Positions 24,866 to 33,140 of a stretch of 64,000 bases of DNA are shown in pieces (the stretch's first letter is position 1; each line of letters starts with the position of its first letter). Position numbers and translations under genes: made by a program. This DNA comes from Candidatus Cybelea sp. GTDB lineage: Bacteria > Vulcanimicrobiota > Vulcanimicrobiia > Vulcanimicrobiales > Vulcanimicrobiaceae. The stretch is taken from the NCBI GenBank assembly GCA_036521375.1, contig DATDHW010000048.1, forward strand, positions 32,345 to 96,344. The letters run 5' to 3'. The notes under the pieces are model-generated. The model worked only from the letters and a program-made list of their open reading frames with translations. It did not search any database and was not told the origin of the DNA.

Positions 24866-26518
24866 TTGAGCGCCGTGTCCCTGTACCGCACCTGGCGCCC
24901 CCGCACGTTTGCCGACCTCGTCGGGCAAGACTCCGTGGTTCGTACCCTTACCTCGGCGATCGATAGCGGAAAGCTCGCCCACGCCTACCTATTCTCCGGA
25001 CCTCGCGGTTCGGGCAAGACATCCGCCGCCAAGATTCTAGCACGCTGTATCAACTGCGAGGCCGGTCCGACCCCGACCCCCGACAACACCTGCGGCAACT
25101 GTCTGGCCATCCTGGCCGGAAACGCGCTCGACGTGCTCGAGATCGACGCTGCCAGCAATCGCGGCATCGACGAGATCCGGACCTTACGCGAAGCGGTCAA
25201 GTTTGCACCGGCGACGATGCGGATGAAGATCTACATCGTCGACGAGGCTCACATGCTAACCAAGGAAGGAGCCAATGCGTTCCTTCGGACCCTCGAAGAG
25301 CCCCCGCCGCACGCCGTGTTCATCCTCGCTACGACCGAGCCGGAGCGGCTTCCGGTCACAATTCTCTCGCGCTGTCAGCGTTACGCGTTCCGGCGCATCT
25401 CCGTCCCGGTGATGATCGAACGGATGCGCGAGATCTCAACGGCCGAGAATATCCCGATCGACGACGAGGCTCTGGCGGCGATCGCCTATCGAGCCGACGG
25501 CGGTCTTCGCGATGCGCTGACGATGCTCGAGCAGCTCGCAGCGTTCTCCAGCGGCGAGACGGCCACGGTTGCGACACTGGACCTTGCCTTGGGCTCGACG
25601 GGCCGCCAGTACGCCGCGAAGCTCGTCGATGCCATCCTCGCGGGCGACGCGGCGAGCGCTTTGCGTGAGATCGAGACGGCGAGCGAAGCGGGGACGGATT
25701 TTACGGTCTTGACCCGCGCATTGATCGCGAGTTTCCGCCATTTGCTGGTGGCTCGCATCGACCCCGAGCTCGTCGTCCGCGACCTGGCGCCGGAGGACGC
25801 ACAGCGCGTCGCCGCACAGGCGGCCGGTCTTTCACCGGCGACGTTAACGCGCGCGCTGCGGGTATTCGGTGAGGCGCAGTCGCTCGCGCGCTCCGGCGGC
25901 AACGCGCGTCTCGAACTCGAAACGGCGCTGCTGCGCTACGTACTAGCCGGCGAGGACCCGACGTTCGACGGCCTCTCCGCGCGCTTGGGGGCGCTGGAAG
26001 AGCGGCTGAGCGGCACAGCTGCAAAGACCGCCCAAACGGCAACGACCGTCGCACCAGCCATACCACCGCCAGCGCCCAAGCTTTCCGAAGGACCCAAGGC
26101 GTCGGTGACGCCAAAGGCACCGGAAACACCGCAGGCCCAACCCCCGGGCACGCTCTCACTGCAAAAGGTTCGGGCCGCCTGGCAGAGCATACGCAGCAAG
26201 ATCGAAGGCGAGCGGCAATCCTTACGGGCGCCGTTGTCGCGGGCGGCGATCGAATCGCTCGAAAGCAATGCAATCGTCTTGAGTTTTCCCAACAGCTGGA
26301 GCGCCGACGCGCTGCGCGAGCACGTCAAGATCATCGAAGGCGCGATCGCCGACGTGTTGGGGATGCCGCTGCGCGTCACGCTGCGGGTGGATTCCAGCGC
26401 CGGACGCGCAAAGGCTCCGTCATCGACTCCCGGCGCCGGATCCGAGCCGAACCGCGAACCCGACGACCCCGACGCGCTCTTCGACTATGCAAACGAGCGC
26501 ATACGCTCAGGTCCCTGA
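24866..26518 (+). CDS. dnaX: DNA polymerase III subunit gamma/tau
   Basis: 'LYRTWRPRTFADLVGQ', 'HAYLFSGPRGSGKTS', Zn module 'CINCEAGPTPTPDNTCGNC', 'IYIVDEAHML', 'ILATTEPERLPVTILSRC'. Confidence 0.9.
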   Translation: MSAVSLYRTWRPRTFADLVGQDSVVRTLTSAIDSGKLAHAYLFSGPRGSGKTSAAKILARCINCEAGPTPTPDNTCGNCLAILAGNALDVLEIDAASNRGIDEIRTLREAVKFAPATMRMKIYIVDEAHMLTKEGANAFLRTLEEPPPHAVFILATTEPERLPVTILSRCQRYAFRRISVPVMIERMREISTAENIPIDDEALAAIAYRADGGLRDALTMLEQLAAFSSGETATVATLDLALGSTGRQYAAKLVDAILAGDAASALREIETASEAGTDFTVLTRALIASFRHLLVARIDPELVVRDLAPEDAQRVAAQAAGLSPATLTRALRVFGEAQSLARSGGNARLELETALLRYVLAGEDPTFDGLSARLGALEERLSGTAAKTAQTATTVAPAIPPPAPKLSEGPKASVTPKAPETPQAQPPGTLSLQKVRAAWQSIRSKIEGERQSLRAPLSRAAIESLESNAIVLSFPNSWSADALREHVKIIEGAIADVLGMPLRVTLRVDSSAGRAKAPSSTPGAGSEPNREPDDPDALFDYANERIRSGP

Positions 26519-26536
26519 CACCCGAAAGGTTTGTAG

Positions 26537-26845
26537 ATGAATCAAGCGCAGTTGATGGCCCAGGTCAAGAAGATGCAAGCCGAGATGGCGAAGGCCCAAG
26601 AAGAGCTCGCCGCGACCATCGTAACCGGAAGCGCCGCTGGGGGATCGGTGACCGTCGACGTCACGTGCGATCAAACGCTCAAACGCGTGAAGATCGCGAA
26701 AGAGGCCGTCGATCCGCAGGACGTCGAGACCCTCGAGGACCTCGTTATGGTCGCGGTCAACGACGCGCTGCGCAAGGCGAACGACGCCTCCCAGAAACGG
26801 ATGGCGTCGGTCACCGGCGGCGTGCGCGTTCCCGGATTGATGTGA
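26537..26845 (+). CDS. ybaB: YbaB/EbfC nucleoid-associated protein
   Basis: 102 aa. 'QLMAQVKKMQAEMAKAQEELA...GGSVTVDVTCDQTLKRVKI...EDLVMVAVNDALRKA'. Canonical dnaX-ybaB-recR order. Confidence 0.9.
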   Translation: MNQAQLMAQVKKMQAEMAKAQEELAATIVTGSAAGGSVTVDVTCDQTLKRVKIAKEAVDPQDVETLEDLVMVAVNDALRKANDASQKRMASVTGGVRVPGLM

Positions 26846-27441
26846 CGACGGTCGCAAACCCCGTCGCCGTTCTCATCAACGAGCTCAGCAAACTGCCGAC
26901 GATCGGCCCGAAGACCGCGGCGCGCCTCGTCTTTCACTTGTTGAACCGCCCGCGTCACGAAGCGCAGAGCTTAGCCGAAGCGATCCTCGCCGTCAAAGAC
27001 AAGGTTCACTTCTGTTCGATCTGCTACTCGCTCTCGGAGCTCGATCCGTGCGAGTTCTGTACCGACGATCAGCGCGATGCGCGGGCGATCTGCGTCGTCG
27101 CCGAAGCGAAGGACGTGTACGCGATCGAGCGCACCGGCGCGTTCAAGGGCCGCTATCACGTGCTGGGCGGGTTGATCTCGCCGATGGACGGCATCGGGCC
27201 GGCCCAGCTTCACGTGAAAGAGCTCGTCGAACGCGTCGGACGCGAGGATCCGCAGGAGATCATCTTGGCGACCAATCCGAATGCCGAAGGTGAAGCGACC
27301 GCGCTCTATCTCTCCCGCTTGATCCAGCCGCTGCGCGTCTCGGTCACACGCCTTGCCTACGGCCTGCCCATCGGCGGCGAGCTCGACTATGCCGACGAAC
27401 TGACGATCGCCAAAGCAATCGAAGGCCGCCGAGCGCTGTAG
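26842..27441 (+). CDS. recR: Recombination protein RecR
   Basis: GTG at 26842 overlaps the ybaB stop (GTGA). 'LINELSKLPTIGPKTAARLVFHLL' is the HhH motif. Zn finger 'CSICYSLSELDPCEFC'. Toprim 'ICVVAEAKDV...GRYHVLGG'. Confidence 0.95.
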   Translation: MTTVANPVAVLINELSKLPTIGPKTAARLVFHLLNRPRHEAQSLAEAILAVKDKVHFCSICYSLSELDPCEFCTDDQRDARAICVVAEAKDVYAIERTGAFKGRYHVLGGLISPMDGIGPAQLHVKELVERVGREDPQEIILATNPNAEGEATALYLSRLIQPLRVSVTRLAYGLPIGGELDYADELTIAKAIEGRRAL

Positions 27442-27578
27442 AGCCTGCGCGGGTCGAGAAGCCTGTCCCGTTTGGACGTGCCGTTTGGAAGTGCCGTGCG
27501 GTCTAGTTAGCTTTAGCTAGGGTAGGCTTCGGCGCGCCGCGCTATTCTATGCGCACACCGGGTGTGGGTGTGGGACGC

Positions 27579-27617
27579 GAGGCGCCGAGAGTAAGAAATC
27601 GGCGCCTCGTTCGTTTT
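27579..27617 (+). terminator. Rho-independent terminator-like hairpin (10-bp GC stem plus T-rich tail)
   Basis: GAGGCGCCGA (27579-27588), a 10-nt loop, TCGGCGCCTC (27599-27608), then GTTCGTTTT. It lies 138 nt after the recR stop and 12 nt before the convergent MOSC gene stop. Confidence 0.55.
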
Positions 27618-27628
27618 GAGAGGCCGAA

Positions 27629-28327
27629 TCAGAGCAGCCGCAGCGCGTCGCCGCGCTGCACGATACCCGGCGCGACGACGTCGCAGTATATCCCCATCTG
27701 GTTGCTGCGCTGCTGCGCCAAGTACTCGAGAATCCGCGGATCGCTCGGCTTGCCGTCTGGGTGGTACGTCACGGTGACGCAACGTCCGATCGGAGCGCGA
27801 ACGCGCAGGCGCACCGTGCCGAGCAGAAGCTCGCGCTCGACGAGCTCCCGTTCGAGCGGCACCGTGTTCTCGAAGCAGCGCACGAAGACGTTCGGCCTGA
27901 AGCGCTCCCATTGCACCGGATAGCCGGCATAGGCGCTCACATCCGCGAGCCAGGCGTCGACGATCAGCGAGAGCGGCGCGTCGTCGAAGAAATGCTCGTC
28001 GCGACGGATCTCGACGCCGATGCCGCGCTCGCGGGCAAGCTCCTTGGCCGCCTCTGCCTCGTCGAGGAGGTGCAGCCGATCGTTCTCTTTGCCGCGGTAC
28101 GTCTTGCCTTCTCGCGCGCCCTCTCGCGCGAAGAGCGCAGCGGCTCGATCGCCCGGAATTCCCGTTTGCTCTACCTCGGCGCGATCGAGCGGTTCGCCGC
28201 GCAGGCTCTTTATGGGATAACGCCGCAGCGCTTCGGCCGAACCGAGCAGGACGCCGGCTTGCGAAGCTGCGTCGAGAGATCTAGGGACGATTGCGCAGCT
28301 TCCGCAGGAACTCACGCGCCAGCGCAA
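27629..28327 (-). CDS. MOSC domain-containing protein
   Basis: MOSC_N-like 'LRRYPIKSLRGEPL'. MOSC core 'RFRPNVFV...RCVTVTYHPDG...YCDVVAPGIVQRGDALRLL'. The start is uncertain; the ATG at 28327 overlaps the upstream gene by 47 nt (see findings). Confidence 0.75.
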   Translation of the reverse strand: MRWRVSSCGSCAIVPRSLDAASQAGVLLGSAEALRRYPIKSLRGEPLDRAEVEQTGIPGDRAAALFAREGAREGKTYRGKENDRLHLLDEAEAAKELARERGIGVEIRRDEHFFDDAPLSLIVDAWLADVSAYAGYPVQWERFRPNVFVRCFENTVPLERELVERELLLGTVRLRVRAPIGRCVTVTYHPDGKPSDPRILEYLAQQRSNQMGIYCDVVAPGIVQRGDALRLL

Positions 28328-29276
28328 GCGCGTCTGCTTTCGTGCGGCTGTAGAGCGAGGCCGCCTGACCCTTGCTCATGTAGCGCCCGTGTTCGTAGTA
28401 GAACGTGACGCCTTCGCCGACGACGATCGTTCCGGCATAGGCGATCGCGCCTTTGATCGCGATCCCGGCGATCGGAACGAAGCCGGAGAGTTCGCGCGCG
28501 AGCGTACGCCAGCCGAAACCCCCGCCGATGACCGGCAATAGCTGCCACGTGCGTCCGACGTCCGGATCGCGGCCGTACGCGGCTTCGATGTGCAGCATGA
28601 GCATGACTTGAATACCCGTGATCGCCACCATATCTCCGGCCGATGCAAAGGCTCCCAGCACCAGTCCCACGACGGGTATATGATCGACCAGCGCGCTTGC
28701 CAGCGCAACTTTCAGCGCGCGCTGCGCCGCGTCGCGCGTCAGCTTGGCGGCAACGCTCTCCCGCAGCACGGGGAGGTTCCGGCCGACCGCGATTTCGACG
28801 CCGTTCGCCGACTCGACGAGATGCGAAAAGACGCGCGTCCGCAGCGCCGGAGCGTCGAGGGACTGCACGACGTATTCGCCCCACATGCCGCGCGCCGGAA
28901 GGTTCGCGGGGCCCGAGGGCGTGCCGAGCGCGTCGACCGTAATCGCAAGAATCGGAACCTGCAGCGCCGCGAGCGGCGCGAAGTCGACGCCCGCGCAGTC
29001 GTTGCGGTGCCCGAGAAAGAGCACGGCACGGACTTCCTTTGGGTCGGTGGCCAGCGGTGTCCCCGCACGGATCGTTTCGAGACAGGCGGCCGCTTCGCTG
29101 CGGACGATCTCGTCATCGTGTCCGGAGAGCAGCAAAGCGCGCAGCCGCGCCACCAGCGACGGATCGCCGCAGAGCAGAAAGCGAAACGGCTTGCGAACGT
29201 GCGCGTGAACCGTGCGTACGTCGATTCCCTTACGTACGATCGTGAAAAGATTACGGGCGTCGCCGGCGATTGCCAT
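28281..29276 (-). CDS. DUF697-family membrane protein with a degenerate GTPase-like N-domain
   Basis: ATG at 29276 is aa 53 of the listed ORF and lies 10 nt after the upstream stop. The C-terminal 'IPVVGLVLGAFASAGDMVAITGIQVMLMLHIEAAYG...FVPIAGIAIKGAIAYAGTIVVGE' matches the DUF697 (YcjF-like) hydrophobic hairpin. In the N-domain, 'FRFLLCGDPSLVARL' sits where a P-loop would be. Confidence 0.5.
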   Translation of the reverse strand: MAIAGDARNLFTIVRKGIDVRTVHAHVRKPFRFLLCGDPSLVARLRALLLSGHDDEIVRSEAAACLETIRAGTPLATDPKEVRAVLFLGHRNDCAGVDFAPLAALQVPILAITVDALGTPSGPANLPARGMWGEYVVQSLDAPALRTRVFSHLVESANGVEIAVGRNLPVLRESVAAKLTRDAAQRALKVALASALVDHIPVVGLVLGAFASAGDMVAITGIQVMLMLHIEAAYGRDPDVGRTWQLLPVIGGGFGWRTLARELSGFVPIAGIAIKGAIAYAGTIVVGEGVTFYYEHGRYMSKGQAASLYSRTKADALALAREFLRKLRNRP

Positions 29277-29286
29277 GATTGCAGTC

Positions 29287-31347
29287 CTACAAGCCGAGCT
29301 TGTTGAGGTCGACCGCCATCGTGCCGTCGGCTTTGCGCAGCTCCTTGGCGGGATCGTCGGTGTAGTCGAGGTAGACGAGACCGAGGAAGATTTCGAGCGG
29401 CCACGCGTGCATCTTGTGCGAGTTGGCGACATCGACGACCGTTTGATTCGCGCTCTTTGCCTCGGCGATGATGCTCTCCGGGGTGCTCTTGATATCGGCG
29501 GCGACGATCGTCGCGGTGACGACGTCGCCCGGAGTCAGATCGTCGTGCAGCATCGTGCGGTAGGAGACGCCCGGCGAGCCGAAGCGCTGCTGCAGCGCGT
29601 ACCGCAGCGTCGAGTAGATTTGCGGGGAGGTTCCTAGCCCAAGCAGCGTGATGCGAACGCCGATCTGGCGCGAACGCGCGAGGTTGAAGAGCTGGGCGGC
29701 TTGCGAGGCTGCCGTTGCAGAAGAGTTGAGCTCGTCGACGGTCTTTTTCATCATCGGCGCGACCGACAGGTAATCGGCTTGGCTGATGTCACCGCCGAAG
29801 CTCATCTGCGCGTGGTCGAGCTGTTTGAAAAACTCGTCGAGATCTCCGAGCGACTGGTCGAGCATCGTGAGCGAGGCGCGCGCCGCGTCGACCGAGCGAA
29901 GCATCTCACCATCTGCCAAGGTGAGATCGTTCATCATACTCGGATACGATGGTAAAATCTCGAGCGATTCGTCGGGCACGGAACTCATCGAGAACGGCGC
30001 CAGCATCTCGTCGTAGATGTCGGCGCTCTCCTTGAGAAGGCCGTTTTCTTTATTCTTTTCGAGCGAACCGACGCCGCCGATCGGGCTCGTGTCGCCGCCG
30101 GCATCGCCGAGCGTGCTATCGACCGAGCGCGCCATCGAGGTAAGGTTCTTGACGATGGCTTCGATGCGGCTGCCGCGGCGAATGTTGACGCGGCTGAGGT
30201 CCGGTACCTCGTACTGGATCGTTTCCAGGCGGCTCTGGACCGACTTGAGCTGATCTTTGCCTTCAGTTGCTCGAGTCTGAATCTCGGTTGCGGCGGAATA
30301 CTGGGCAGCCTGCCCGGCCAGCACGGTCTCCTTGAGCTTCGGCAGGTTCGGCTTGGTCAGCGTAACGCGCTGCACTTCCATCTGCCGCAGCGCCGTGATT
30401 CGCTGATTCGCGGTCGCCCGCGTCTGAGAGGATCCCAGCTGCGCCGCCTGCGCGAGCGTCTGTTCGCTCTTGCTCGGAAGGCCGAGGGCGAGCTCGGATT
30501 GCCCGAGTTCGAGCAGCGCTTCGGGGTTTTGCGGATCGGTGTGCAAAACCTGATCGAGGCGCAACTGCGAGAAGGAGTAGCGCGCTCGCTCTTCGTCGCT
30601 CGAGGCTTGGACGAGCTCTTGCGTCGACGTGATCGTCCTCGGATCGAGCTCCGGATAGCCCATCAGGTGCGAGACGCGGGCCGACGGATCGGGGTGGTCT
30701 TGGAGATACTTGCTGACCGCATCGCTGTGCTCGTCCTGCAGCACGCCGAGGTGCGCCATCATCGTCACCATCGATTCGGGGTCGTACCCCGCGCGCGACA
30801 TCAGCTGCAGCCCGTAGCGATCGGCCTGGATCTCGTCTTCACGGGAAACCTTGGCCATCAGCCCCGCCTCGGCGAGGCCGCCGAACTCGTAGAGGATCGG
30901 CGAGAACATCGATGCGATTCCGAAGAGAAGATTCAGAATCTCCGCCTTCGTGTTGGTCGTAATGACGTGGCGCCGCTCGATGTGGCCGGTCTCGTGGCCG
31001 AGAACGCTGGCCAGCTCGTCGTCGGACTGCACGAAATCGACCAGACCCTCGTAGACGTAGACGAATCCGCCCATCGTCGCAAAGGAGTTGATCTGGCTGT
31101 CGTGGATGATCTTGATCGAGTAGGGAACGTCCTTACGTGCGACCTGATTCCAGAGGTTCCCGGCGACGCCGGAGACGTAGGCGTTGAGCAGCGGATCGGT
31201 CTCGATCACGCTGCCGGCGACGATCTGCTGATCCTCGGATTGGCCCAGGGCAATTTCGGCCTGCGTCGACATGGCGCCGGTCGGTGCCGGACCGCCGGCA
31301 CAGAGCAGCGAGACGATGACGAGAGCGGGAATAACGCGACGCAGCAT
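29287..31347 (-). CDS. M48-family Zn metallopeptidase with a ~350-aa uncharacterised C-terminal extension
   Basis: Signal peptide 'MLRRVIPALVIVSLLCAGGPAP'. 'LASVLGHETGHIERRH' is the HExxH motif, and 'EDEIQADRYG' supplies the third ligand. A TPR-like segment is followed by a long helical region I do not recognise. Confidence 0.8.
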   Translation of the reverse strand: MLRRVIPALVIVSLLCAGGPAPTGAMSTQAEIALGQSEDQQIVAGSVIETDPLLNAYVSGVAGNLWNQVARKDVPYSIKIIHDSQINSFATMGGFVYVYEGLVDFVQSDDELASVLGHETGHIERRHVITTNTKAEILNLLFGIASMFSPILYEFGGLAEAGLMAKVSREDEIQADRYGLQLMSRAGYDPESMVTMMAHLGVLQDEHSDAVSKYLQDHPDPSARVSHLMGYPELDPRTITSTQELVQASSDEERARYSFSQLRLDQVLHTDPQNPEALLELGQSELALGLPSKSEQTLAQAAQLGSSQTRATANQRITALRQMEVQRVTLTKPNLPKLKETVLAGQAAQYSAATEIQTRATEGKDQLKSVQSRLETIQYEVPDLSRVNIRRGSRIEAIVKNLTSMARSVDSTLGDAGGDTSPIGGVGSLEKNKENGLLKESADIYDEMLAPFSMSSVPDESLEILPSYPSMMNDLTLADGEMLRSVDAARASLTMLDQSLGDLDEFFKQLDHAQMSFGGDISQADYLSVAPMMKKTVDELNSSATAASQAAQLFNLARSRQIGVRITLLGLGTSPQIYSTLRYALQQRFGSPGVSYRTMLHDDLTPGDVVTATIVAADIKSTPESIIAEAKSANQTVVDVANSHKMHAWPLEIFLGLVYLDYTDDPAKELRKADGTMAVDLNKLGL

Positions 31348-31440
31348 ACGGGTCTCAATTCCTCTACCGGCGGACGAAGATTAGGTTACGCCGCCTGACT
31401 GTGTATTATATGTGGACAACGCCAAGAACTTGCGAATCGT

Positions 31441-32349
31441 TTGTGGATGAACAAGGGGTTGTACCCAGTTCTTCTCGGAGAGCGTAGCGTGGCACTCTTG
31501 CGAGGGAGGCGGGGCGGCCTCGACGTGACCTTGTCCCCCGGCGACCTGAACCAGGAGTTCGCCGAGCTGCACGCTCGCCTCACCGAGCAGCCGGGCTTCT
31601 ACCGCGGCGCCAGCGCCATCGTCAACTTCGGCTCCGATTTGCCGTCGGAGGAAGAGCTGGCGCGGCTGCGCGGCGTCCTCGACGAGGCGGGAATCGCGCT
31701 GCGCGGGGTCGCGGGATTCGACGAGGAGCTGGCGGCGCTCGCCGCGCGAGCCGGTCTGCTGTTTGAGACGCCGCGTCAGGAGACCATCCGTCCCAGAGCG
31801 CTGCGGCCGCGCACCGATCCCGCGCTCTCCGATTCTGCGCGCTCGCTCGTGGCCGATTTTGCGGGAGCGCGCGGCGACATCGCCCAGCGCCGAAGTCGCG
31901 GCGAGGCGAGCGTCCGCCGTCACACCGGGCCGCCGGTCGAGACTCTGCGGCCGCCCGCGGCGCTGCATGTCGTCGAGACCGGCCCGGCGACGCTCTATCA
32001 CGCCTCGACGATGCGCGGCGGCCAAGTTCTCCATCACACCGGGAACATCGTCGTCGTCGGCGACGTCAATCCCGGCGCGGAGCTGATCGCGACGGGAGAT
32101 ATCCTGGTCTTCGGGCGGCTGGGGGGCATCGCGCACGCGGGTGCTCAAGGCGACGAGAGCGCGCGCATCTACGCTCTCGACCTCTCACCCACCCAGCTGC
32201 GCATCGCGACGTTCATCGCCGCGGATGCAGAGAGCAAGCGGAGCCGGCCGGCGGTGGCCGAAGCTGCCCTCGTGCGTGATGGGCGGATAACGATTCTCAC
32301 TCTCGATCGCCTCGATGTATCTGGAACGCTCGGAGCGGTCTCGACGTGA
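31441..32349 (+). CDS. minC: Septum site-determining protein MinC
   Basis: C-terminal beta-helix 'RGGQVLHHTGNIVVVGDVNPGAELIATGDILVFGRLGGIAHAG...IYALDLSPTQLRIA'. Upstream of minD. Confidence 0.85.
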   Translation: MWMNKGLYPVLLGERSVALLRGRRGGLDVTLSPGDLNQEFAELHARLTEQPGFYRGASAIVNFGSDLPSEEELARLRGVLDEAGIALRGVAGFDEELAALAARAGLLFETPRQETIRPRALRPRTDPALSDSARSLVADFAGARGDIAQRRSRGEASVRRHTGPPVETLRPPAALHVVETGPATLYHASTMRGGQVLHHTGNIVVVGDVNPGAELIATGDILVFGRLGGIAHAGAQGDESARIYALDLSPTQLRIATFIAADAESKRSRPAVAEAALVRDGRITILTLDRLDVSGTLGAVST

Positions 32350-33137
32350 CGCCGCGCAAGATCGTCATTACGTCGGGAAAAGGCGGTGTCGGCAAAACGA
32401 CGACGACCGCAAACCTCGGCGCGACGCTCGCGAAGCGCGGCAAACGCGTGATCTTGATCGATGCCGATATTGGGCTGCGCAACCTCGATCTCGTGCTCGG
32501 CCTCGAAAAGCGCATCGTCTTCGATCTGGTCGAGGTCGCGGAGGGGCGCTGCCAGCTTCGTCAAGCGCTGATCAAAGACAAGCGCTTCGAATCGCTGTCG
32601 ATCCTGCCCGCGGCGCAGACGCGCGAGAAGGATGCGATCACGACCGAACAGTTTTCCGCGATCGTCGACCTCGCCGCAACGCAGGCCGACTACGTGCTGA
32701 TCGATTGCCCCGCCGGCATCGAGCACGGCTTTCGAAACGCCGTGGCGGGGGCTTCCGAGGCGATCGTCGTCACGACGCCGGAGGTCAGCGCGATTCGCGA
32801 CGCCGATCGGGTCGTCGGCAAGATCGCCCAGGATCGCAAGCCGATTCGCTTGATCGTCAACCGTCTGCGTCCCGAAATGGTGCGCAGCGGCGACATGCTC
32901 TCGGTCGACGACGTCTGCGACGTCCTCTCCATCGAGTTGCTCGGCGTCGTTCCCGACGATGAAGAGGTCATCGATACGACCAATCGCGGCGAACCGATCG
33001 TGCTCAACGATGCGAGCCGCCTCAAGACTATTTACGACAAGATCGCTCGCCGTCTCGAAGGCGAGATGGTGCCCTTTACCAGCTTCGACGGCACGAGTCT
33101 TTTCGGTCGTCTCCTCGACGCGTTGAAAGTGGGGTAG
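32346..33137 (+). CDS. minD: Septum site-determining ATPase MinD (copy 1)
   Basis: Deviant Walker A 'TSGKGGVGKTTTTANLG'. 'LIDADIGLRNLDLVLGLE'. 'LIDCPAGIE'. C-terminal amphipathic tail 'SLFGRLLDALKVG'. GTGA overlap with minC. Confidence 0.95.
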   Translation: MTPRKIVITSGKGGVGKTTTTANLGATLAKRGKRVILIDADIGLRNLDLVLGLEKRIVFDLVEVAEGRCQLRQALIKDKRFESLSILPAAQTREKDAITTEQFSAIVDLAATQADYVLIDCPAGIEHGFRNAVAGASEAIVVTTPEVSAIRDADRVVGKIAQDRKPIRLIVNRLRPEMVRSGDMLSVDDVCDVLSIELLGVVPDDEEVIDTTNRGEPIVLNDASRLKTIYDKIARRLEGEMVPFTSFDGTSLFGRLLDALKVG

Positions 33138-33140
33138 CGC

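Noticed and set aside
24866-26518. Programmed -1 frameshift or slippery site in dnaX (gamma versus tau)
   Set aside because: No A-AAA-AAG-type heptamer or long A-run was seen by eye in the gene, so a frameshift cannot be supported from sequence alone.
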